Of a DNA stretch of 64,000 bases, positions 38,583 through 48,637 are shown piece after piece (the stretch's first letter is position 1; every line of letters starts with the position of its first letter). Location: the NCBI GenBank assembly GCA_022844165.1, contig JALHMH010000005.1, forward strand, positions 114,339 to 178,338. The letters are read 5' to 3'. The notes under the pieces were generated by a model. That model was not told where the DNA came from, searched no databases, and saw only the letters and a program-made list of their open reading frames with translations. The stretch comes from Lysobacterales bacterium (GTDB lineage: Bacteria; Pseudomonadota; Gammaproteobacteria; Xanthomonadales; SZUA-5). The translations under genes and the position numbers were made by a program.

Positions 38583-40394
38583 TCAGCCGCCGATTGGCGT
38601 TGTCAGCCGACGCGCGAAAAAACGTCGCAAAATCCATCTGCCGAACGCAAAACGTTCGACCAGCTTGCGTGCCAAATGCGCCGTCGTCGGCGGGCGATTC
38701 AAAGCATGCGAACTGCGAGCGGCTTGCATGATCAACCCCGGCGAAAGACCCGTGCGCATCGACAATTGTCGCGCGCAGGCGTCGCGATAGGCTTCGTCGA
38801 GCAGGTCCTGGCGCTTTGCGGCCGTATCGTTGCACGACGGGACCCGATAGAACGATGTGGTCTTGTCGACAATTTCGAAGCGATCTTCGAGCGTGTATCG
38901 GGTCCAGAGATTCCAGTCCTCTAACTGATCCATGTCTTCGGCAAACCCACCATGGCGTTCGTACAGCCTGCGGTGGAACAACACCGTCTGGATCGGCATA
39001 AAGTTCTCGATCCAGAGCGTCACGTGATTGAACGGCATTTGAAAGCGCAGTAACCAATCAGTTTCGCGATAGCGCAACGGCGATTGCGATTGGATTTCGG
39101 TTGGCACCTCCCACGCGATGCCATACACGCCGGGAACACCCAAACTCAATGCGCTCGACAATAGCGACTCGACGTGATCAGCATAAAACGCGTCGTCGTC
39201 GTCGAGAAAGTTCAACCACTCGCCGCTGGCGAGTGACAGCGCGAGGTTTCCTGCGCGTGCACGACCGACCGGCGAGCCGGTGGAGCGATAGACCAGGCGC
39301 TTGCTCAAATGTGCAAATTCGTTTTCGATCATCGGCTGAGACAGCGGCTCGCCATCTTCGACGATCACGATCTCGATGTTCGGATAGGTTTGTCGTTCGA
39401 CCGACAGTATGGCCTCACGCAGCCACTGTGGTCGCTTGTGTGTCCGAATCAGGATCGACACCTTCGGCGTTGCCTCGCAAACCGGTGCGACGAAAAAGGC
39501 GCCTTTACGACGTCGCTCGAAATCCCAGGCGGCAAAAATGGGCTGGAAGCTGTCGTTCGCCACGACACGCGTTCGACGCCAATACGGCAATTGTCGGATC
39601 GCCTTGAGAATATTGTCGAACAGCGCTTTTCGCCTGCCGGGGAATGCCTCCGGCACACGTAATTCTCGGATCAACATGGCGAACCCGGCCCGCACCTCTC
39701 TCCAGGTTCCGTAGCGCGTGCGCAAACACAGATTCGCTAAGGTCGAACCCATCACCTGAGCCGGTTTGATCTCCCCCGCTTCTGCATAACTTTCGTGCAG
39801 AACCTGCGCATTGGCGATGTACTTGAGCTTGTAGCCGCGGGCGCGCAGCCGCCACGACAAATCGACGTCTTCGCCATAGAGAAACAGCCTGGGCTCAAAT
39901 CCGCCAACGCTGTCGAAAGCGTTCTTGCGAAATAGCACGGCTGCACCGCTGCACCAATCGGTTTCGAGCGAGATCGGGTGATAGTTTTTTGGGTGCTCGA
40001 AGGGCTTTTGGCGAAACTCGAATGCCGCCACTGTTGGATCACTCGTTACGTGTCCCAGCAGTACACCTAACGATCCGGGCAATAGTGCTGTATCTGGATT
40101 CATCAACAACAGCCAGGGCGTTTGCGCCTGAGCAGCAAGAAAGTTGTTGGCCTGACCGAAACCGAGGTTGGCTTCGCTCATTGTCAATCGGAGCGAACCA
40201 AACCGGCCTTCGAACCCCGCTACGGTTGTGCGAATGACCTCACGGGGGGCGGCATCAAGGGAGTTGTCCAGGATGGAAACGTGCAAGACCACATTGCCGG
40301 CATGCTCGACCAGACTGGCCAATAGCCTGCCCAGCACTTCACCACGCGTCTTATAGGTGACGATCAGTACGTCGATCGCTGAAATCCCGCTCAT
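38583..40394 (-). CDS. Glycosyltransferase with two GT2 domains
   Basis: Domain 1: NLGFGQANN, LMNPD, GEDVDLSWR. Domain 2: VSILIRT, VEDG, FLDDDD, LEDWNLW. Confidence 0.88.
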   Translation of the reverse strand: MSGISAIDVLIVTYKTRGEVLGRLLASLVEHAGNVVLHVSILDNSLDAAPREVIRTTVAGFEGRFGSLRLTMSEANLGFGQANNFLAAQAQTPWLLLMNPDTALLPGSLGVLLGHVTSDPTVAAFEFRQKPFEHPKNYHPISLETDWCSGAAVLFRKNAFDSVGGFEPRLFLYGEDVDLSWRLRARGYKLKYIANAQVLHESYAEAGEIKPAQVMGSTLANLCLRTRYGTWREVRAGFAMLIRELRVPEAFPGRRKALFDNILKAIRQLPYWRRTRVVANDSFQPIFAAWDFERRRKGAFFVAPVCEATPKVSILIRTHKRPQWLREAILSVERQTYPNIEIVIVEDGEPLSQPMIENEFAHLSKRLVYRSTGSPVGRARAGNLALSLASGEWLNFLDDDDAFYADHVESLLSSALSLGVPGVYGIAWEVPTEIQSQSPLRYRETDWLLRFQMPFNHVTLWIENFMPIQTVLFHRRLYERHGGFAEDMDQLEDWNLWTRYTLEDRFEIVDKTTSFYRVPSCNDTAAKRQDLLDEAYRDACARQLSMRTGLSPGLIMQAARSSHALNRPPTTAHLARKLVERFAFGRWILRRFFARRLTTPIGG

Positions 40395-42169
40395 TGGGAC
40401 CTCAGCCTGAGCTTGCGCAGAAAAACGCGTAGTGGTGACGGAACCCACCCCAGGACGCGGTCGTACCGGGCACCCTTGATTCGCAATGGGACAATTTCCT
40501 GCTCCAACAGCAAGACAGTCGCGGTCAAATGCGCATTGTTGATCTTCATTGCATCGTGCTCCGCGGTCACCTGACGACGTGCCTTTTCCGAATGCTCGAA
40601 ACGCACCTCGAACTCTTCACGAAGACGCGCCAGGGCGGCGTCGGTAGCCGCTCTCGCCGCCTCCACGCGGCTCAACTCAGCGCGCAACGCGGTCGTCTGT
40701 TTCTCCAGTTCTGCCCTGACTTCCGCCAGCGCATAAACCTCAGACGTCAACGACTCTGCTCGTGCCAGTTGTGCATGCAGATCCCGCTCAATGGCGAGTG
40801 CTGAAGACTCAACGACATGGTTGCGGTCGCGCAGCGCGTGAACATCCTGTTCGAGCTGCGCGACACGATCCATAGCCAACGTCAGTTGCGCAGTTTGTTG
40901 CGCCGCGAACGCATCGACAGCCGCCCGCGTTTCAGCCAGTTCCAGCAATTCGTTTTGCTGCCTCTGAACATCGGTTTCGAGCTTTGTTGCCCACTCAAGA
41001 ACCTGCCCATAGTCTCGTGCCAGCCGAATATTCTCACTCCGGAACACGACGCCATCCAATTGCGAACGCAACATCGGTTGCAGTGCCGCCAGGTCTTCTG
41101 AAACTGCTTCACTATTTTCCATAGCCGCTCGATATACGGGCGCGATCGCCAAAGCCATCGTCGCATGGTCCGGAACCAGGTTGGCATCGTTCAAACGTCG
41201 ATGCCAGGAGAGCCGATCGACATCGGCCAGAGATTGAAGCATAGCGAGAGCGACCGCGGGTTCGCAGCCCGCCGGAACGACCATACCGGCGCCGCTCTGG
41301 CGAACCCGTTCGCCTAATGCGCCAACGTCCGGCGCTACGACCGGCACACCCGCAGCCCAAACGTCCGACAATGCGTAGGAAAAACTCTCCGCAATCTGGT
41401 TCGGAAAATAAACCAGATCGATGCGATAGTGCTTCAACCATCGCGACGTTTCCGCATGGTCGAAGGGACCGTGAACCCACAAACGTCCGTCGAGCAACGG
41501 TCCGGGCTGTAATTGGTCCTCGGTATAGCCGATCAGCACCCACTTGAACCGCTCGGCACCAGGCAACTGAATCAGGTCCAGCAAATGCGTCTTGCCCTTG
41601 TGGGGCCCAATGGCGCCAACAACGCCGATCGTCTGCAACGAACGCCTTGGTTCGCCAACCTTCGCCGTATGAGAAACGCCGGGTTCGAGCACCTCAGCAG
41701 GAACGTCCGAAATGACCTCTTCCCAGAGGCGTAAGATGAACCGACTCGGCAGCAGGACTCGGGATGCGCGGAGCGCGATCTCACGCCAGCGCTTGATCCA
41801 TGCCACGTCGATCGTCGGAACCGATCGGCCTTGTGCGAAGGCTCTGGGATGCAAAAGGCCCACATCGTGTATGGACAGCACCAATGGCCGATTCGGCGCC
41901 GCCTCGAGTAAGTTCAGGGCCAGCGGCGACACATGGTGGCTGTGAATCAGATCGGCTCCAAAGGCATCCCAAAATCGGGGCGCCCAGTGGGCCATGGGCT
42001 CCGACGCTTGCAGTGGGTAAAACAAGCCCTCAGATTCCAACACCACGCATTCTTCGCTCAGATGCAGAAATGCGTGCCGAAAATCCGGCGTCAGTGCCGC
42101 AAGATCGCGGGCATAACGCTCCATTCCGCCCCCGCGTGCGCTGATCAGATGCAGTATTCGGCGGCGCAT
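40391..42169 (-). CDS. GT4-like (GT-B) glycosyltransferase with long C-terminal coiled coil; start may be 42292
   Basis: GGGMERY, SIHD, GAIGPHKG, ESFSYALSD and GALGERV motifs; heptad-rich helical C-terminal third. Confidence 0.83.
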   Translation of the reverse strand: MRRRILHLISARGGGMERYARDLAALTPDFRHAFLHLSEECVVLESEGLFYPLQASEPMAHWAPRFWDAFGADLIHSHHVSPLALNLLEAAPNRPLVLSIHDVGLLHPRAFAQGRSVPTIDVAWIKRWREIALRASRVLLPSRFILRLWEEVISDVPAEVLEPGVSHTAKVGEPRRSLQTIGVVGAIGPHKGKTHLLDLIQLPGAERFKWVLIGYTEDQLQPGPLLDGRLWVHGPFDHAETSRWLKHYRIDLVYFPNQIAESFSYALSDVWAAGVPVVAPDVGALGERVRQSGAGMVVPAGCEPAVALAMLQSLADVDRLSWHRRLNDANLVPDHATMALAIAPVYRAAMENSEAVSEDLAALQPMLRSQLDGVVFRSENIRLARDYGQVLEWATKLETDVQRQQNELLELAETRAAVDAFAAQQTAQLTLAMDRVAQLEQDVHALRDRNHVVESSALAIERDLHAQLARAESLTSEVYALAEVRAELEKQTTALRAELSRVEAARAATDAALARLREEFEVRFEHSEKARRQVTAEHDAMKINNAHLTATVLLLEQEIVPLRIKGARYDRVLGWVPSPLRVFLRKLRLRSQ

Positions 42170-42325
42170 TGGTGCATCCTTGACGGAGCCGGATCTGAAC
42201 ATTTGAGTCTGTTTCTCCGGAGCGGCTTTGGCTTTGGCAGGCCCTTCATTTTCGCGGGCGGCTTTCAGCGAAAGTCGCCTTGCGACGCTCAATGATCGAT
42301 ACTCCGGATGGCAAAAGCGGCATGC

Positions 42326-43696
42326 TCAGGATCGCTTCCAGCGAGCGCCCTGAGGTGTGTCCTCGATAACGATTCCGCGGGAGAGCAGTTCATTGCGAAT
42401 TTGATCGGCGCGAGCGAAGTTCTTGTTTGCGCGCGCGGCCTGGCGTTCGGCCAGCAGGCCGTCGAGTTCCGCATCCGCACTTGCTTCGCCTTTGAACCAG
42501 GCTTCGGGCGACTGCTGCAATAAGCCCAGCCAACGACCGCCGGCCAGTAGCCGCGCTTTGGCGATCGACCTCGCCTGGGGACCTTCCGCACGCTGCAGAT
42601 CGCGAGCCAGTTCGCTGAGGGCCGCCAACGCTTGCGGGGAATTCAGATCATCCGACAACGCTTCGAGTACTGCATCTGCTGCGATGTCAGAGGCCCCACG
42701 TACATCTGCGCAATCGCGCAGTGCGCCGTAATAACGATCCAGCGATACGCGGGCTTGTTTGAGCGCACCATCCGACCAATCGAGTGGTTGCCGATAATGC
42801 GCGTTCAGCAATAAATACCTCAGTGCTTCAGGCGGCGCCTGCTGGCGAAGTTGATCCACAAGCAGAGTGTTCCCAAGCGACTTGCTCATCTTACGGCCAT
42901 CCACCGTGACAAAGCCGTTATGCATCCAGATTCGCGCAAACTCGGCGCCCGCGTGCGCGCAAACACTCTGCGCTACTTCGTTTTCGTGATGCGGAAACTT
43001 AAGGTCGGCGCCCCCGGCGTGAATATCGATCGTGTCGCCTAAATGCGCCTCCGCCATGGCAGAACACTCAATGTGCCATCCCGGCCGTCCCCGGCCCCAT
43101 GGGCTATCCCATCCCGGCAATTCGGGCGTTGAGGGCTTCCAGAGCACAAAGTCCGCGGCATGACGTTTGTAGGGCGCAACCTCAATGCGTGCGCCCGCGA
43201 TCATTTCTTTCAGGCTGCGTCGCGACAAGCGCCCGTAGTGATCGTAGCTTTCGACCGAAAACAACACATGCTCTTCCGCAACATAGGCGTGGCCGCTCGC
43301 GATGAGACGCTGGCACATGACGATGATCTGGGCAATGTGCCCGGTCGCCCGGGGTTCGATGTTGGGCGCAAAATCGCCGTCGACACCCACCGCGCGCATG
43401 TCATTCAGATACGCCGCCAGGAATCGATCCGTGATCACCGAAATCGGTACGCCAAGTTCCGCTGCAGCAGCGTTGATTCTGTCGTCTACGTCAGTGATGT
43501 TTCGCGCAAAATCAACGCGCGAATACTGGGCGCGCAACAGGTTGGCCAGCACGCCGAACACAACAGGAGGGCGGGCGTTGCCGATATGCGCATAGGAGTA
43601 CACCGTTGGCCCGCAGACATACATCGTCACGCGATTCGGATCGGCGGGCGCGAACGTTTCGACGGTTGCTGTCAGCGTGTTGTAAAGTCGGAGCAT
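42326..43696 (-). CDS. cysS: Cysteine--tRNA ligase
   Basis: [32 protein letters not shown] and KMSKS motifs. Confidence 0.97.
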   Translation of the reverse strand: MLRLYNTLTATVETFAPADPNRVTMYVCGPTVYSYAHIGNARPPVVFGVLANLLRAQYSRVDFARNITDVDDRINAAAAELGVPISVITDRFLAAYLNDMRAVGVDGDFAPNIEPRATGHIAQIIVMCQRLIASGHAYVAEEHVLFSVESYDHYGRLSRRSLKEMIAGARIEVAPYKRHAADFVLWKPSTPELPGWDSPWGRGRPGWHIECSAMAEAHLGDTIDIHAGGADLKFPHHENEVAQSVCAHAGAEFARIWMHNGFVTVDGRKMSKSLGNTLLVDQLRQQAPPEALRYLLLNAHYRQPLDWSDGALKQARVSLDRYYGALRDCADVRGASDIAADAVLEALSDDLNSPQALAALSELARDLQRAEGPQARSIAKARLLAGGRWLGLLQQSPEAWFKGEASADAELDGLLAERQAARANKNFARADQIRNELLSRGIVIEDTPQGARWKRS

Positions 43697-43783
43697 GGGG
43701 CGAAATTTCCAGGTCGCAATAGCCGGGCGGGAATCTGACCGCGTCGCAGAGCAAAAAAATCCGCGACGCCGCAACAGATCAGA

Positions 43784-44374
43784 TCAGGCAATGCGACAAG
43801 CCTCATCGAATGACAAACGCGGGCCGCGGGGAAAAAGCCCTGCAGGATCGCCATAACCCAGATTAATCAAGAAATTCGACCGGACCTCTGTGCCAGCGAA
43901 AAACGCCTCATTGACCATTTGTTGATTGAAGCCACTCATCGGACCGCAGTCCAGACCAAGTGCCCGCGCAGCGAGCATTAAATAGGCACCCTGGAGTGAA
44001 CTGTTGCGAAATGCGGCTGCTTCGATCGCAGCGGGTTTGCCTTCGAACCAGCTGCGCGCAGCCGGCTGGTGCGGAAACAACTTTGGCAATTTTTCGTAAA
44101 AGGCGTGGTCGGCGGCGACAATCACTGTGACCGGAGCGGCCATAGTCTTTTCGCGATTGCCTGCGTCCATTGCCGGTTCGAGCCTGGCTTTAGCTTCCGC
44201 CGATTTGACAAACACAAACCGCGCCGGTGAGCAGTTGGCGCTGGTCGGACCCCATTTTAATTGCTCATACAATGCAAGCAATGTCTCATCACCGACCGGC
44301 TTGTCAAGCCAGGTGTTGTGCGTTCGCGCATCACCGAACAGTTGCGCCAATGCAGCGTCATTCAGAGTTGTCAT
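43784..44374 (-). CDS. Malonic semialdehyde reductase / nitroreductase (RutE-like)
   Basis: [36 protein letters not shown] and NLGYGD motifs. Confidence 0.9.
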   Translation of the reverse strand: MTTLNDAALAQLFGDARTHNTWLDKPVGDETLLALYEQLKWGPTSANCSPARFVFVKSAEAKARLEPAMDAGNREKTMAAPVTVIVAADHAFYEKLPKLFPHQPAARSWFEGKPAAIEAAAFRNSSLQGAYLMLAARALGLDCGPMSGFNQQMVNEAFFAGTEVRSNFLINLGYGDPAGLFPRGPRLSFDEACRIA

Positions 44375-44437
44375 GATGATTCCTTTGCCATCGCAAAGCT
44401 CGGCATTATGCGGACTTCTGTGTCGACAAAGTGTTCC

Positions 44438-45355
44438 ATGACAAGAACCGTGTGGGTGGTGACCGATGGTGCAGCGGGCAATGAGCGCCAGGCGAGCGCA
44501 TTGGCTCACCGCTTGGGCACGGTCGTTGCCACGCTGGGTGTGCAACCACGTTGGCCCTATTCATGGTTGGCACCACAACTTCTGGTGCCAACAGCTGCAT
44601 GGCGCAATCACTGGCCCAGTCCCTGGCCTGAACTGGCGGTCGGCGCGGGGCGCTTTGGTGCAGCAGCGCTAAGGACCATTGCACGCTCATCGTCGGCAAA
44701 AACAGTGCAGATTCTCGATCCGCGGGTTGCCTCCGAAAAGTTTTCGGCGCTGGTCGTTCCGGCGCACGACGCAGTCCGTGGGGCCAATGTGGTACGGACG
44801 CTGGGGAGCCTGCACGACATCGACAACGCCTGGCTCAAGCGCGAACGTATTGCCTGCGCAGCAATGTCGCGCCTGCCGGCACCGCGTACCGTCGTCCTGC
44901 TGGGCGGGCCGCGGCGCGGGGTCGCCATTGATCGCAGCACCTTCGCAAGACTGACCGATATCGCCCACGGCTGGCGGCGCGATGGCTCACTAATCCTCGT
45001 GACGTCCAGACGCACGCCTCCGGCATGGCTTGACGCACTCAAAGAACTGCGCGCAGACCTGCGTTGGACCGGTGCGGCCGATGGCCCGAATCCCTATCGC
45101 GGAGCGCTCGCCTGGGGCGATCGGTTCATCGTCACCGCCGATTCTGTCAACATGCAATCGGAAGCACTGGCAACTGGAAAACCGGTGTTTTCCGTATGCA
45201 ACGGCGTGCCTCGCGGGAAGCTCGGCCGTTTTCACCGCGAGTTAGCCGAGTCCGGCAGATTGCGTCCATTGCGCGCCGATGCGGCGAGCTGGAGCTATGT
45301 CCCGCTTCGTGAACTCGATCGCGTGGTCGCGGAATTGATGGCTTTGTTGGCCTGA
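44438..45355 (+). CDS. Mitochondrial fission ELM1 family protein
   Basis: [30 protein letters not shown] and VTADSVNM motifs. Confidence 0.88.
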   Translation: MTRTVWVVTDGAAGNERQASALAHRLGTVVATLGVQPRWPYSWLAPQLLVPTAAWRNHWPSPWPELAVGAGRFGAAALRTIARSSSAKTVQILDPRVASEKFSALVVPAHDAVRGANVVRTLGSLHDIDNAWLKRERIACAAMSRLPAPRTVVLLGGPRRGVAIDRSTFARLTDIAHGWRRDGSLILVTSRRTPPAWLDALKELRADLRWTGAADGPNPYRGALAWGDRFIVTADSVNMQSEALATGKPVFSVCNGVPRGKLGRFHRELAESGRLRPLRADAASWSYVPLRELDRVVAELMALLA

Positions 45356-45449
45356 TCAGCTGATGTTGTTTAAATGGCGAACATCGACTCTCTGAAGCGC
45401 GCTCGTCATCGGCCTATACTGCACTCTTCTCGCTGCGACCCACGGACCG

Positions 45450-46385
45450 ATGGACGACGCTCTCCGCCAACGCCTGATCGGCGCTGCCGTCATTATTCTC
45501 CTGGCGGTGATATTCGTACCGATGTTGCTCGACGCGCCCAAAGAGACGACGGCAGCACGCGAGCAGCTCGATCTGACCATCCCGCCACCCGGCGAACCCG
45601 GCATGGAGACGCGGCGATTGCCACTGGATCCGTCGATGACGGCGCCTGCACCCGTGCCACGCAGCGAAGAGCCGGATACGTCTGCGACTGACGTTGCCGA
45701 AGAGACGCCCGAATCGACGCCAGCGGTCGAAACACCGCCAGCAAGATCTGCGCCGTCCCCGCCGACGGTTTCTGCACCCGACCCGCTGCCGATACCAAAC
45801 GACACGCCGCGCCAACCGCCAGTGAAACCGACACTCCCCGCGCCCGCGCCGGCGGCTGGCGGTCGGTTCGTTGCTCAGTTCGGTAGTTATGCCGACAAGA
45901 AAAATGCCGATGGCTTGATTGTCGATCTCGCAAAAGCCGGCGTACCCGCAAACATTGAGGAGTTGTCCAGCAGCGGTGGTCGCAAGCTTTACCGGGTTCG
46001 CAGCAAAGGCTATGCAACGCGAACGGAGGCTGATGCCGCACGCCTTTCGGCACAGCGTCAGATTGCCGGGCTGTCGAGCAATGTCATCGAACTGGCACTG
46101 GCGAACCCAACTCAGTCGTCTCCGGCACCCGCCGGCCGACCGAACCTGAGCGGCTGGGCCGTCCAGGTGGGCGTTTTCGGCAATCCGGAGGGTGCCAGGG
46201 AGCTGTCGGCGAAGCTGCGCGCAGCGGGCTATGCGGCGTTTGTCGAGCCCATCAAACTTGCCGGCGGAAAGAGTAGCCATCGAGTCCGCATCGGCCCTGA
46301 AACGCGCCGCGAATCTGCGGTCAAAGTCCAGGGCGAAGTCAAGAGTAAATTCAATCTGGACGCGTTAGTCGTCGCCCATCCGTGA
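45450..46385 (+). CDS. dedD: SPOR domain cell division protein (DedD-like, two SPOR domains)
   Basis: LRQRLIGAAV TM start, Pro-rich linker, AQFGSY and VQVGVF SPOR repeats; upstream of cvpA-purF. Confidence 0.85.
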   Translation: MDDALRQRLIGAAVIILLAVIFVPMLLDAPKETTAAREQLDLTIPPPGEPGMETRRLPLDPSMTAPAPVPRSEEPDTSATDVAEETPESTPAVETPPARSAPSPPTVSAPDPLPIPNDTPRQPPVKPTLPAPAPAAGGRFVAQFGSYADKKNADGLIVDLAKAGVPANIEELSSSGGRKLYRVRSKGYATRTEADAARLSAQRQIAGLSSNVIELALANPTQSSPAPAGRPNLSGWAVQVGVFGNPEGARELSAKLRAAGYAAFVEPIKLAGGKSSHRVRIGPETRRESAVKVQGEVKSKFNLDALVVAHP

Positions 46386-46903
46386 TCTGGATCGACATCG
46401 TCATTTTGGCGCTGATCGGTCTCTCCACGCTGATCAGTCTGATACGTGGCTTCATCGTCGAAGCGATGTCAATTGTGATTTGGATCTGTGCGATCTGGGC
46501 AGCATTTCAGTTTACGACGCCACTCGCGGCTTACTTACATGGCATTGAGGTACCTTCGGTGCGGCTTGGTGTGGCTGCGCTTCTTTTGATGATCGGTGTC
46601 CTGGTCGTCGGCTCGCTGTTCAGCTGGTTGATTGGCCGGCTGGTGCGCTCGACAGGCCTGTCCGGCACAGATCGTTTGCTTGGTGCAGTGTTTGGATTGC
46701 TGCGAGGTGCGCTGACGGTCTTGGCGCTGGTCGCAGTAGGCAGCTGGACACCACTCTGTGCCGACCCGTGGTGGCGGCAGTCGCAGTTGATTCCTCGATT
46801 CGAATCGCTGGCCATTGCCAGCAGCGCATTCTTGCCGAGCACATTGCGTGAGATGATAGGCGCCTGTCGCGCCTCCAGCCCGACCCCCTCTCCCGAGACC
46901 TGA
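46382..46903 (+). CDS. cvpA: CvpA family protein
   Basis: WIDIVIL, RGFIVEAMS and GLSGTDRLLGAVFG motifs. Confidence 0.92.
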   Translation: MIWIDIVILALIGLSTLISLIRGFIVEAMSIVIWICAIWAAFQFTTPLAAYLHGIEVPSVRLGVAALLLMIGVLVVGSLFSWLIGRLVRSTGLSGTDRLLGAVFGLLRGALTVLALVAVGSWTPLCADPWWRQSQLIPRFESLAIASSAFLPSTLREMIGACRASSPTPSPET

Positions 46904-46906
46904 ACC

Positions 46907-48382
46907 ATGTGCGGAATCATTGGCATCGTTGGCAATAGCGATGTGGCTACGGCTTTGTACGATGGCTTGACGGTGCTTCAGCACCGTGGCCAGGATGCGG
47001 CTGGCATTGCCACATTCGATGGCAACAGGTTGCATCTTTCGAAAGGCAATGGTCTGGTGCGTGACGTCTTCGATAGCGCCTCGATGGGTCGATTGCGTGG
47101 CGTGATGGGCATTGGCCATTGTCGGTATCCAACCGCTGGCTCCGAAGGTGCCGCCGAGGCGCAGCCTTTTTATGTCAATTCGCCATTCGGCATCGCACTT
47201 GCGCACAACGGCAATTTGACGAACGCACCGGCGCTCAAGCGCGAGATTTTTGCGGAGGATCGACGCCACATCAATACCGAGTCGGACTCCGAAGTGCTGC
47301 TCAACGTGTTCGCGCATGAACTACAGGCGCAGGAGCGCGCACGCCTTGAGCCGGCGCACTTGTTCAAGGCCGTCAGCGGCGTGCACCAGCGCTGTGTCGG
47401 CGGTTACGCCATTGTATCGATGGTGCTCGGTTTGGGATTGGTTGGATTTCGCGATCCAAACGGCATCCGGCCGCTGGTCATCGGCAAACGCGACGGCATT
47501 GACGGCGTCGAGTGGGCGCTCGCGAGCGAGAGCGTGGCGCTGGACATTTTGGGTTTCCGACTGGAACGCGATGTCGCGCCGGGTGAAGCGGTCCTGATTA
47601 CCGAAGACGGCAAACTGCACGCGCAACAATGTGCCGCCAAGCGACTGTTATCGCCGTGCATCTTCGAATTCGTCTATCTGGCCCGACCTGACTCGATGAT
47701 CGAAGATGTGTCGGTGTACAAAGCGCGTTTGCGGATGGGCGAAAAACTCGCCAAGAAGATTCTTCGCGAGCGACCGAACCACGATATCGATGTCGTCATT
47801 CCGATCCCGGACACGTCGCGCACTGCCGCCATTCCACTGGCCAAAGCGCTCGGCGTCGAGTACCGCGAGGGCTTCGTCAAGAACCGATACATCGGCCGCA
47901 CGTTCATCATGCCTGGTCAGAAGGAGCGCGTGAAATCCGTACGCCGAAAACTCAACGCCATCGAACTTGAGTTCCGCGACAAGGTTGTGCTGCTGGTCGA
48001 CGACTCAATCGTGCGCGGAACCACGAGCAAACAGATCGTACAAATGGCGCGCGAAGTGGGAGCGCGTAAAGTGTATTTCGCCTCTGCGGCCCCACCCGTA
48101 CGTTATCCGAACGTCTACGGCATCGACATGCCTGCCGTTAAAGAACTGGTGGCCCATGGCCGTACCGAAGCCGAGGTTGAGGCGTTTATCGGTGCGGATT
48201 GGCTGATCTATCAGGATCTTGAGGATCTGATTGCCGCAGTGCAAGAGGGCAATCCCGCCATTCCGGCCTTTGATACATCGTGTTTTTCGGGTCATTACGT
48301 GACCGGATTGTCAGGCGCTTACCTGGAGCAACTGGAGTTGCTGCGCAGCGACGAAGCCAAGGCCCAGCGCCGAGTCGCTTAG
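46907..48382 (+). CDS. purF: Amidophosphoribosyltransferase
   Basis: MCGIIG, QHRGQD, HNGNL, PRPP motif [10 protein letters not shown] and YGIDMP. Confidence 0.97.
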   Translation: MCGIIGIVGNSDVATALYDGLTVLQHRGQDAAGIATFDGNRLHLSKGNGLVRDVFDSASMGRLRGVMGIGHCRYPTAGSEGAAEAQPFYVNSPFGIALAHNGNLTNAPALKREIFAEDRRHINTESDSEVLLNVFAHELQAQERARLEPAHLFKAVSGVHQRCVGGYAIVSMVLGLGLVGFRDPNGIRPLVIGKRDGIDGVEWALASESVALDILGFRLERDVAPGEAVLITEDGKLHAQQCAAKRLLSPCIFEFVYLARPDSMIEDVSVYKARLRMGEKLAKKILRERPNHDIDVVIPIPDTSRTAAIPLAKALGVEYREGFVKNRYIGRTFIMPGQKERVKSVRRKLNAIELEFRDKVVLLVDDSIVRGTTSKQIVQMAREVGARKVYFASAAPPVRYPNVYGIDMPAVKELVAHGRTEAEVEAFIGADWLIYQDLEDLIAAVQEGNPAIPAFDTSCFSGHYVTGLSGAYLEQLELLRSDEAKAQRRVA

Positions 48383-48410
48383 AGTCCCTGACTGAGCGGG
48401 ATCTTGTCAT

Positions 48411-48558
48411 TTGAGTCAAGTATTCGTCGGAGCGGCTTTGGCTTTTGAAGCCCCCTTGAGTCAAGGGGGGCGCGCGCGAAGCGCGCGGGGTTGTGGCAAC
48501 TACGCTGCAGAGCGAAGCCAACAATGCTCGGCGGTCTGAGGCGAAGCCTCGCTAGCAT
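48411..48558. repeat. REP-like intergenic palindrome cluster
   Basis: CCCCCTTGA-G-TCAAGGGGG (48451-48469), CGCGCGC-GAA-GCGCGCG (48471-48487), GAGGC-GAA-GCCTC (48538-48550); direct repeat TTGAGTCAAG at 48411 and 48456. Confidence 0.6.
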
Positions 48559-48637
48559 TCGGTACTGAGTGACGAACTTGCAGGGCGACCCGGTGTCGTG
48601 CGCAATTCGCATGCACGTATAGCGGCATATTGGCGAA

